Source of the DNA: an uncultured Gammaproteobacteria bacterium
GTDB lineage: Bacteria; Patescibacteriota; Patescibacteriia; Patescibacteriales; GWC2-42-12
NCBI GenBank assembly: GCA_964537265.1
Contig: CAZHZE010000002.1
Span: 21,395 to 85,394 of the forward strand
Length of the DNA stretch: 64,000 nt
Reading direction: 5' to 3'
Part shown: positions 53,049 through 61,226 of the stretch, piece by piece
Layout of the letters: each line of letters starts with the position of its first letter
Position numbering within the stretch: the first letter of the stretch is position 1
The notes under the pieces: model-generated
What the model saw: the letters and a program-made list of their open reading frames with translations, nothing else
Database searches by the model: none
What the model was told of the DNA's origin: nothing
Translations under genes and position numbers: made by a program

Positions 53049-53513
53049 CTATTATGTTCTTTATTTAATGCCGCTGTCGCGCATGCGGGTACATGCGCGT
53101 GAAACTAACCGTCTCTTCAGTGGCATAGGTTGACCCGGTTAATAAAATTCCGGGTCAACTTACTTAATTAAATAAAATTCGGTAATTATTACAATCAGCG
53201 ATAACCCCTTATTAAATTTGATTGTAATATAGCCTTCTGCCAGGCGCGCCGAATTTTAAAGGAGCCTGCTGTAATTTCGTGGCTTGCCCCGGCAAAGGGT
53301 TTCACCACGGTCCTTTCAGCAGCGGGCTCCTTCCCTGAATATTACTGGATTTATAAAAATTTTAAATCCAGACTAAATTTTGAGGGGTCTTTGCTATCTT
53401 CAAGAAGGCATCGCTTCGTCCATCAACGAAACTTTGCTCCACAACTTCTTTTAGCAGAGACTTCTCGCCATAATAAAAACCCCTTTTTCTTTTTAGAAAA
53501 GGGGTTATTTTTT
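53049..53513 (+). ncRNA. ~460-nt highly structured RNA candidate, unclassified
   Basis: No ORF of 60 aa or more on either strand. At least 9 helices, several perfect at 9-10 bp (53129-38/53150-59; 53188-97/53219-28; 53345-53/53363-71; 53261-71/53317-30). Ends in the bidirectional terminator at 53476-53513. Confidence 0.6.
53476..53513. terminator. bidirectional terminator (ncRNA candidate / uvrA)
   Basis: AAAAACCCCTTTT-loop-AAAAGGGGTT with T-runs on both strands. Confidence 0.85.
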
Positions 53514-53514
53514 A

Positions 53515-56376
53515 TTAAAGTATTTTAGACAAATATTGCCCAGTGTATGATTTTTTATTATTAGCAATTTGTCGCGGTGTGCCTTGAGCCACGATTTCTC
53601 CGCCTTTTTCTCCGCCTTCAGGGCCAAGATCTATAATCCAATCGACCGATTTAATTACATCTAAATTATGTTCAATAATTAAAACCGTGTTGCCTTTATC
53701 AACTAATTGATTTAAAACATGGAGAAGTTTTTTAATATCATCAAAATGCAAACCCGTAGTCGGCTCATCAAGTATGTATAAAGTTTTTCCAGTGGCGCGG
53801 CGTGATAATTCGGTGGCTAATTTTACCCTTTGGGCTTCGCCCCCTGATAAAGTAGTGGCTGATTGACCGAGCTTAACATAACTTAATCCGACTTGGTTCA
53901 GGGTAGAAAGTTTTTGCTCAATAGCCGGAATATTTTTAAAGAAATTTAATCCTTCTTCAACCGTCATATTTAAGACATCAGAAATATTTTTTTCTTTATA
54001 ATGAATTTCTAAAGCTTCTTTATTGTAGCGCCGGCCATGGCAGACTTCGCATTCAACATAAATATCAGGCAAAAACTGCATTTCTATTTTTACCATGCCG
54101 TCGCCGCTGCAAGCTTCGCAGCGCCCGCCCGGAACGTTAAAAGAAAATCGTCCAGTTTTATAGCCTCTAATTTTAGCTTCCGGCAACGAGGCGAATAAAT
54201 CGCGAATCGGAGTAAAAGCTCCGGTATAAGTAGCTGGATTGGAGCGTGGGGTGCGGCCGATTGGCGACTGATCAATATTAATTACTTTATCAATATTTTC
54301 CAAGCCTTGAATTTCTTGATGTTTGCCTGGCGCAAGTTTTGCTCGGTAAAGTTTTTGGTTTAAAGCGTTGGCTAAAATATCAGTCATTAGGGTTGATTTA
54401 CCTGACCCGGAAACGCCGGTGATAGCAATAAGTTTTCCTAAAGGAAATTCGACATCAATATTTTTTAAATTATGCTCGCTGGCTTTTACAATTTTTAATT
54501 TTTTTCCGTTGCCGGAGCGGTATTTTTCCGGCGCGGGAATAAATTTTTTACCACTTAAATATTGACCGGTTAAAGATTTGACGTTTTTCTTTATAGCCAA
54601 CGGAGTTCCAGCAGCTACAATTTTACCGCCATGTTCGCCAGCTCCAGGGCCAATATCAACAAGCCAATCAGCTTCCAGCATAGTAGCTTCATCATGCTCA
54701 ACAACTATAACAGTATTTCCTAAGTCGCGCAGTTTTTTAAGCGTGCCGATTAATTTACTGTTATCACGTTGATGTAAACCAATAGACGGTTCGTCTAAAA
54801 TGTAAATTACGCCCATTAAAGCTGAACCAATTTGCGTGGCCAGCCTAATGCGCTGAGCTTCGCCTCCGGATAAAGTGTTAGCCGAACGGCCGAGCGTTAA
54901 ATAATCTAAGCCAACATTGGAAAGAAAATCTAGACGGGCGCAAATTTCTTTTAAAATTTGGGCGGCTATTTTTTTATCGCGAATAGATATTATTTTTGAA
55001 TTAGCTAATTCGCTGAAGAATTTTTTTTCTTGATCAATAGTTTTTGAAGAAATGTCATAAATTGATAAATCGGCAATTTTTACAGCTAGCATCTCCGGTT
55101 TTAAACGTTTTCCAGAGCAAGTCGGGCAAATTAAGACTCGCATATACTGTTCAATTTCTTTTCTGACATAATCAGATTCGGTTTGTTGAAAGCGGCGCTC
55201 TAAATTAGGAATTACGCCCTCAAATTCAGTGGTTAATTCTCCGGAAAAACGGTCGCTTTGGTAATCAACATTATAATTTTTTTCGCCTGAACCATAAAGA
55301 ACTATGTCTAATTGTTTTTTCGTCAGATCTTTAATTGGAGTATTTAAATCAAAACCTTGCGCTTGAGCAACCGTGCCTAAAATACGCATCATCCAGCCTT
55401 GGCTGCCGGCAGTGCTATGAGCCCATGGCCTGATTGCGCCTTGGGCAATGGTTAAATTAGTATTGATAATTAATTTCGGGTCGATTTCTAATTTTGTGCC
55501 TAAACCAGCACAATCAGGGCAAGCGCCATGAGGAGAATTAAAAGAGAAATTACGTGGTTCAAGTTCGGGCAGGCTTATGCCGCATTTAGAACAGGCGGAA
55601 AGTTTTGAAAAAATAGTTTCTTTTAATATTTCCTGCTTGGCTTTTTGCGGAGCCGTAGAAATCATAACTAAACCATTGCCTAATTCCAAAGCTTTTTCTA
55701 CGCTTTCAGTCAATCGCGCCAAATCTTCTTTATTTTTATTTATGGTTAAACGATCAATAACGATTTCTACATTATGTTTTTTTTGTTTGTCTACATTTAA
55801 ATCGCGAATTTCTTCTAAAGGATAAATTATTTTATCATATCTTAAACGCGCATAGCCGGCCTTAGCCACGCTATCTACTAAGCCTTTATGTTCTCCTTTT
55901 TTATCTTTAATTAAAGGAGCTAAAATTATCACATCTTTTTCATTAAAGCCGTCAGTAATTTGTCCGACTATTTCATCGATAGACATGGGTTTAATTTTTT
56001 CTCCGCAAGTTGGGCAATGAGGTATTCCGATACGGGCATAAAGTAAACGCAGATAATCATAAATTTCCGTAATAGTGCCTACGGTTGAACGTGGATTATG
56101 GGTAGTAGATTTTTGATCAATGGAAATGGCCGGTGAAAGTCCATCGATAGAATCAACGTCAGGCTTATTCATTTGACCAATAAATTGTCTGGCATAAGCC
56201 GATAAAGATTCAACATAACGGCGCTGGCCTTCGGCATAAATAGTATCAAAAGCCAAAGAAGATTTTCCCGAGCCAGATAGGCCGGTCAATACAACTAATT
56301 TATCGCGAGGTATTTCTATATCAATATTTTTTAAATTATGAACGCGCGCGCCTTTAATTTTTATATAGTTGGACAT
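53515..56376 (-). CDS. uvrA: excinuclease ABC subunit A
   Basis: 953 aa. Two ABC modules ([18 protein letters not shown]), LSGGEAQR signatures, zinc-finger Cys clusters. Confidence 0.97.
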   Translation of the reverse strand: MSNYIKIKGARVHNLKNIDIEIPRDKLVVLTGLSGSGKSSLAFDTIYAEGQRRYVESLSAYARQFIGQMNKPDVDSIDGLSPAISIDQKSTTHNPRSTVGTITEIYDYLRLLYARIGIPHCPTCGEKIKPMSIDEIVGQITDGFNEKDVIILAPLIKDKKGEHKGLVDSVAKAGYARLRYDKIIYPLEEIRDLNVDKQKKHNVEIVIDRLTINKNKEDLARLTESVEKALELGNGLVMISTAPQKAKQEILKETIFSKLSACSKCGISLPELEPRNFSFNSPHGACPDCAGLGTKLEIDPKLIINTNLTIAQGAIRPWAHSTAGSQGWMMRILGTVAQAQGFDLNTPIKDLTKKQLDIVLYGSGEKNYNVDYQSDRFSGELTTEFEGVIPNLERRFQQTESDYVRKEIEQYMRVLICPTCSGKRLKPEMLAVKIADLSIYDISSKTIDQEKKFFSELANSKIISIRDKKIAAQILKEICARLDFLSNVGLDYLTLGRSANTLSGGEAQRIRLATQIGSALMGVIYILDEPSIGLHQRDNSKLIGTLKKLRDLGNTVIVVEHDEATMLEADWLVDIGPGAGEHGGKIVAAGTPLAIKKNVKSLTGQYLSGKKFIPAPEKYRSGNGKKLKIVKASEHNLKNIDVEFPLGKLIAITGVSGSGKSTLMTDILANALNQKLYRAKLAPGKHQEIQGLENIDKVINIDQSPIGRTPRSNPATYTGAFTPIRDLFASLPEAKIRGYKTGRFSFNVPGGRCEACSGDGMVKIEMQFLPDIYVECEVCHGRRYNKEALEIHYKEKNISDVLNMTVEEGLNFFKNIPAIEQKLSTLNQVGLSYVKLGQSATTLSGGEAQRVKLATELSRRATGKTLYILDEPTTGLHFDDIKKLLHVLNQLVDKGNTVLIIEHNLDVIKSVDWIIDLGPEGGEKGGEIVAQGTPRQIANNKKSYTGQYLSKIL

Positions 56377-56586
56377 AAGTAAAATATAAGAAGTTAAAAC
56401 AATGCAATCAATTATATACTAAAAAAGCGTTCTTGGCAAGAAGAAATGATAAATAATTTTTAATTGACGAAAAATAAATTTTATGCTAATTTAATATGTT
56501 TAATAGTTCTTTAATAAAAATTTTATTTTTGACTAATTTTAAAAATTAAAATTTATAAAAATAATTTTATATAAGGAGAAGGGGAA

Positions 56587-57258
56587 ATGAAAAATAAATT
56601 TTGTCTGATTGTTTTTTTGGTAGTTATTTTTTTATTTTTTTCTGCAATTTGTCGAGCGGAAGAAGATGTATTTATCGGAAATCTTAATTTAACAGAGGAA
56701 ATTGTCTCACAAGAAAAAAAATTGGCGCAAAAAGAGAATATAAATCTTGCCGCTATAAAAAAATCTAATTTAGAAGCTAAAGATTTTGCGCTTTTTTTAT
56801 GTGGTGGCGTGGCCGGAGCATTATTTCATGAAGGAGGCCATATTTTAGCCGCTCGTTTGCAAGGCGTAGAATTAGATTATGTAGATAGCAGAGGCTGGCT
56901 TATGTTTAGTTCTTCTCCGTCGCAATCTCGAATTATTTCTTTAGGAGGGTTTGGCGCTCAGATATTAAGCCAAGAAGTAATTTTGGGCGCAGATATTATA
57001 AACCCTTTTACTGTGGGATGGGTGGCATTTAATAATGTTAATACTATCGCATATATAATTACGGATAGTGTTGTTAAGGGTGGTCACGGAGATTTCAAAT
57101 TTATGCGCGAAAGCGGCATAAATACGGATGTTGTTAAAGTGGTTCTTCTGGCTTATACTGCTTTCAGCGCTTATAGAGTTTCTAAAAATCCCAAAATTAT
57201 GCCATATTTTGAGATTGCTAAAGATGAGCTTTTTTTCGGCTTAGGCTGGGAATGGTAG
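56587..57258 (+). CDS. secreted/membrane protein with HExxH motif (putative zinc metalloprotease-like)
   Basis: 223 aa. Signal-like N-terminus, FHEGGHILAARLQG, hydrophobic C-half. SD AAGGAG upstream. Confidence 0.6.
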   Translation: MKNKFCLIVFLVVIFLFFSAICRAEEDVFIGNLNLTEEIVSQEKKLAQKENINLAAIKKSNLEAKDFALFLCGGVAGALFHEGGHILAARLQGVELDYVDSRGWLMFSSSPSQSRIISLGGFGAQILSQEVILGADIINPFTVGWVAFNNVNTIAYIITDSVVKGGHGDFKFMRESGINTDVVKVVLLAYTAFSAYRVSKNPKIMPYFEIAKDELFFGLGWEW

Positions 57259-57270
57259 GCGGAATTTTAA

Positions 57271-57313
57271 CCCGGCAATATGCACAATAGATGCTATGTT
57301 GCCGGGCTTTTTT
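57271..57313 (+). terminator. intrinsic terminator
   Basis: CCCGGCAA-20 nt-TTGCCGGG followed by CTTTTTT. Confidence 0.8.
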
Positions 57314-57473
57314 ATAAAATTAGCTTTATTGAAAATTTTTATAAAAAGTGATAGGGTAATTATGCTGGGATTTTCGCCAATTTTCATATTCGTTCTAAAT
57401 TTCCTTGAAATTATAAAATTTATATCTAAAAGAGGAATTGGCCAAAATCCCATATAATTTTTAGTCTTATTTT

Positions 57474-58529
57474 ATGGAAAATTATTTGTTAATTATATTT
57501 TTTGTTGTTTTAATTATTTTTACTGCTATTGTTATTTTTTTTCTAACAAAGCGTAGGGGCGGTGTTGATAATGAGAAGTTAACTATTATGATGGAGAGGT
57601 TGGCGCAATTATCTGAACAAAATAAAGAATTAAGGCAGGCGGTTGATGGAAAATTATCTGAAACTCATCGTGCCACCCAAGTTCAATTTGGTCAAACCGC
57701 AAAAATTATTTCCGAAGTTACAGAAAAGCTTACTAAATTAGACGAAACCAATAAGCAGGTAATTAATTTTTCCGCCCAATTAGCCAGCCTGCAGGATATT
57801 TTGAAAAATCCCAAACAGCGCGGTGTTTTAGGAGAGTATTTTTTAGAAGAAACTTTAAAAAATGTTTTGCCGCCTAATTCTTATCAGATGCAATATGGTT
57901 TTAAAGATGGCACCATAGTTGATGCGGTAGTGTTCGTTAAAGATAAAATTATTCCAGTGGATTCAAAATTCAGTTTAGAAAATTATGAAAAGATTTTAAA
58001 TAGTTCCGATCAAGCAGAAAGAGAAAAATTTGAAAAACTTTTTAAACAGGACTTAAAATTGCGTATTGATGAAACCGCTAAATATGTAAAACCGGGTGAA
58101 AAAACCATGGATTTTGCTTTTATGTTTATTCCTTCTGAAGCGATTTATTATGATTTGTTAATTAATAAAGTAGGAGCAGTACAGATTAACACTCGCGATT
58201 TAATTGAGTATGCTTTTAAAGAAAAGCATGTTATCATCGTTTCGCCGACTTCATTTTTAGCCTATTTACAAACGGTTTTGCAGGGGTTAAGAGCTTTACA
58301 AATTGAAGAAAGCGCTAAAGATATTTTGGTTAATGTACAGAAATTAAGCAAGCATATTTTAAGCTATGAAGATTTTATGAAAAAATTAGGCGTTAGCATG
58401 AGCACGACAGTCAATCATTATAATAATGCTTATAAGGAATTTGGAAAAATCGATAAGGATGTAGTAAAAATTATAGGAACCGATAAAAAAATTGAACCGA
58501 TGTTAATTGATAAGCCTAACATAGAATAA
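57474..58529 (+). CDS. rmuC: DNA recombination protein RmuC
   Basis: 351 aa. N-terminal TM, coiled coil, RmuC nuclease-like core (VVFVKDKIIPVDSKF, MFIPSEAIYY). Confidence 0.9.
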   Translation: MENYLLIIFFVVLIIFTAIVIFFLTKRRGGVDNEKLTIMMERLAQLSEQNKELRQAVDGKLSETHRATQVQFGQTAKIISEVTEKLTKLDETNKQVINFSAQLASLQDILKNPKQRGVLGEYFLEETLKNVLPPNSYQMQYGFKDGTIVDAVVFVKDKIIPVDSKFSLENYEKILNSSDQAEREKFEKLFKQDLKLRIDETAKYVKPGEKTMDFAFMFIPSEAIYYDLLINKVGAVQINTRDLIEYAFKEKHVIIVSPTSFLAYLQTVLQGLRALQIEESAKDILVNVQKLSKHILSYEDFMKKLGVSMSTTVNHYNNAYKEFGKIDKDVVKIIGTDKKIEPMLIDKPNIE

Positions 58530-58532
58530 TTT

Positions 58533-59471
58533 ATGTTAGAAAACATAAATAATAAAGTAGTCCTAAAGGAGGCGATCATTAAAGTGATTGCTTTTTTTGA
58601 CATATTTAATTATCCATTAACCGTAAGGGAAATTTGGTTTAATCTAAGCGTTAGATGCGAATTAAATGAAGTTATGGAAGTTTTAAACAGCATAGAAAAA
58701 ATTAGTTATTTTAACGGTTTTTATTTTTTAGCCGGCCAAGGAAAAAATGTTACCGAAAGACTAAATCGTTATAGTTTTGCCGACAGAAAATTTAAACGCG
58801 CTATTTTAGTGGCTAAAATTTTTAGGTTTATTCCTTGGATAAAAATGATCGCCATCGGCAATTTATTAGGCGCTCATAATTTAAAAGACGATAGCGACAT
58901 AGATTTTTTTATTGTTACCGAAGATAAGCAAATTTGGTTAACTAGATTTTTTTGCGCTAGCATCGCTAAGCTTTTAGGTTTGCGTCCGCGTCCAGAAAAA
59001 TCGCGTGATAAAATTTGCTTAAGTTTTTATGTCAGCGACAAAGCTATGGATCTTAAAAATTTAATGTTTAATTATAGCGGAGTTGATAATAAAGACATTT
59101 ATTTTATTTATTGGTTAGCCGGTCTGACTCCGATTTTTGAAATCGGAGATGCTTATAATAAATTTCTTGAAGTAAATTCATGGATAAAAGAATATTTACC
59201 TAATTGGCAGCCGGCTAATGTTTCTGACAAAAGAAAAGTCAAGCCGTTTTTATCTGAATTTTACCATGACTTAATTAGTTTATTTATAGGCGGTTTAGAG
59301 CCGCAATTTAAGAGCCTACAATTAAAATGGCTGCCGGCGCAATTAAAAATTTTAATGGATCAGCCAGACAGCCGTGTAGTCATTAATAATCAAGTTATAA
59401 AAATGCACGCTAACGACAGGCGAGAAGAATATAAAAGTAAATTTGAGCAAAAAATAAGAGGTTTAAACTAA
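58533..59471 (+). CDS. hypothetical protein with nucleotidyltransferase-like core
   Basis: 312 aa. G..(x)..DSDIDFFIV resembles a Pol-beta-type NTase motif. N-terminal region is winged-helix-like. Confidence 0.55.
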   Translation: MLENINNKVVLKEAIIKVIAFFDIFNYPLTVREIWFNLSVRCELNEVMEVLNSIEKISYFNGFYFLAGQGKNVTERLNRYSFADRKFKRAILVAKIFRFIPWIKMIAIGNLLGAHNLKDDSDIDFFIVTEDKQIWLTRFFCASIAKLLGLRPRPEKSRDKICLSFYVSDKAMDLKNLMFNYSGVDNKDIYFIYWLAGLTPIFEIGDAYNKFLEVNSWIKEYLPNWQPANVSDKRKVKPFLSEFYHDLISLFIGGLEPQFKSLQLKWLPAQLKILMDQPDSRVVINNQVIKMHANDRREEYKSKFEQKIRGLN

Positions 59472-59474
59472 AAT

Positions 59475-60818
59475 ATGAAATATTTATCTAAAATTATTGA
59501 ATATGGCTTGTATATATTGGTGTTTTTACTGCCTATCCAGACAAGATGGATTATTAGCCCAGGATTAAACGAATATCAAACTTTTAGTTTGTATGGAGTG
59601 GATATATTATTAGTTTTATTATTAGCGTTGTTTGTTATTAGCAGATTATTTTCTAGTTATAGTCAGACCGCCGAGCAGGAAGGCTTTTTAGGCAATGAAA
59701 AATGGGGTAAATGGCTTACGTCCGGTTTATTTTTAATTTTAGTTTTTTCCGTCTTGTCGGCGGGTAATAAATCATTAGCTTTATATAAATTTAGTTGGTT
59801 AATTTTAGGAGTAGGGTTGTTTTGGCTAATAAATAGCGTCGGCTATAATAAATTAAAGTTAATTTATTCATTTTTATTCGGAATTTTTTTACAGGCGATT
59901 TTAGGCATTTGGCAGTTTTTAGTTCAAAATAGTTTTTCTAATAAATGGTTGGGTTTAGCTTATCATGATCCGGCTCAATTAGGCGCTTCGGTTGTTGAGT
60001 TTATCGCCAAAGACGGAGTAGGCGAACGCTGGCTTAGAGCTTACGGCGGTTTTGATCATCCGAATATTTTAGGTGGAGTATTGGCTATAGCCTTATTAAT
60101 TTTAATATCAGAGATTATTATTAATCAGGTTTTTAATTATAAATTTTTAAAATTAATAAATTGGATTTTTTTGGGCACATTTTCCGTAGCTTTATTTTTT
60201 ACTTTTTCGCGCGCGGCCTGGCTGGCATTTTTTGTCGGCGTGTTAATTATTTTAGCCGGCTTTACATTTAAACATAATTTAAAAGCGCAGAAAGAAATAC
60301 TCTCAGCTATTTTAATCTCTGGAATTTTAATTGGTGTTTTATTTTTTCAATACAATGAGTTGGTGGCAACTAGAATGTTGAATGATTCACGCTTAGAACA
60401 AAAATCAAAAATCGAGAGAATAACTTCTTATCAAGAAGCTTTGAGTATGATAAAAAAATATCCGCTGGCTGGCGTGGGTTTAGGAAACTATACTTTAGCT
60501 TTAAAAAAAATAGTTCCAAATCAAGAAAATTTTTATTATCAACCAGCGCATAATATTTTTCTATTAGTCTTTGCCGAGTCAGGGTTTTTAGGCTGGCTAT
60601 TATTTATGGGGCTAATTTTATATTTAGCCTTTTTTATTTTTTTTAGAAGCGAAAAATACAAAGATAAAATAACCAAAATATCTATATTAGTTGGCTTGGT
60701 TATTTTAATGTTTTTTGATCATTGGCTTTGGAGTCTGCATTTCGGCATTTTATTTTTATGGTTGATTTTAAGTTTGGTGTCAGATAAAAAAATTGATAAA
60801 AAATTATTGTCTAATTAG
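59475..60818 (+). CDS. O-antigen ligase/polymerase-family membrane protein
   Basis: 447 aa, about 10 TM helices. Wzy_C-like FSRAAWLAF and H-containing loop (QPAHNIFL). Confidence 0.85.
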   Translation: MKYLSKIIEYGLYILVFLLPIQTRWIISPGLNEYQTFSLYGVDILLVLLLALFVISRLFSSYSQTAEQEGFLGNEKWGKWLTSGLFLILVFSVLSAGNKSLALYKFSWLILGVGLFWLINSVGYNKLKLIYSFLFGIFLQAILGIWQFLVQNSFSNKWLGLAYHDPAQLGASVVEFIAKDGVGERWLRAYGGFDHPNILGGVLAIALLILISEIIINQVFNYKFLKLINWIFLGTFSVALFFTFSRAAWLAFFVGVLIILAGFTFKHNLKAQKEILSAILISGILIGVLFFQYNELVATRMLNDSRLEQKSKIERITSYQEALSMIKKYPLAGVGLGNYTLALKKIVPNQENFYYQPAHNIFLLVFAESGFLGWLLFMGLILYLAFFIFFRSEKYKDKITKISILVGLVILMFFDHWLWSLHFGILFLWLILSLVSDKKIDKKLLSN

Positions 60819-61100
60819 AATCCATATTTTCTTTTTGGCTGGTTAAATCATAATCTTCTGTGGATAAATCAGCTAAAATATGTTTTAACGATTCGTCTCT
60901 TAGTGGGCGATTTTTTATTTGCTATATTAACCTGTTTTATTATTAAAAATTTATACAAAAAATATGTTTTAAATTTTTAACTAAAATAAGAGAAAAAAAC
61001 ACACAATCATGATCAAATTAATGTTTAAAGAATATTTATATATTAAAAAATTCGTTTAATTTATTTATTTTAAAATATATTATAATTTTTAGCATTTTTA

Positions 61101-61109
61101 TGGTATAAT
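61101..61109 (+). promoter_or_regulatory. extended -10 promoter element (TGgTATAAT)
   Basis: TGGTATAAT lies in an extremely AT-rich spacer, 118 nt upstream of the 61227 ATG. Confidence 0.4.
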
Positions 61110-61226
61110 ATAAACATAAAATTTGATAAGCATTTGATAATAGCAATAGTAAGTTTGCCCTAAAATTAAATAAATAAATTAAATATATAGTTTGAGCTTT
61201 TAATAAGCTCAAAACGATACATCCCC

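Noticed and set aside
53049-53513. RNase P RNA or SRP RNA identity for the 53-kb, 25-kb, 36-kb and 39-kb RNA candidates
   Set aside because: I could not find the universally conserved strings (GGAAAGUCC and ACAGAA..GGCUUA for RNase P; GGAAGCAGC around a GNAR loop for SRP) on either strand. Only a covariance-model search can settle this.
29350-57453. Remaining nested track ORFs. These include 29350-29682, 30222-30416, 34425-34628, 34949-35293, 38463-38678, 41641-42087, 42951-43136, 43618-44403, 47739-48380, 49396-49635, 50860-51069, 52783-52974, 54090-55825, 57241-57453.
   Set aside because: The same reasoning applies: they are shadows of recognised genes or span terminator/promoter regions.
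60820-60925. ~35-codon minus-strand open stretch (..IKNRPLRDESLKHILADLSTEDYDLTSQKENMDSN*) overlapping the end of the O-antigen ligase gene
   Set aside because: It has no ATG/GTG/TTG start after the upstream in-frame TAG. At most it is a gene remnant.
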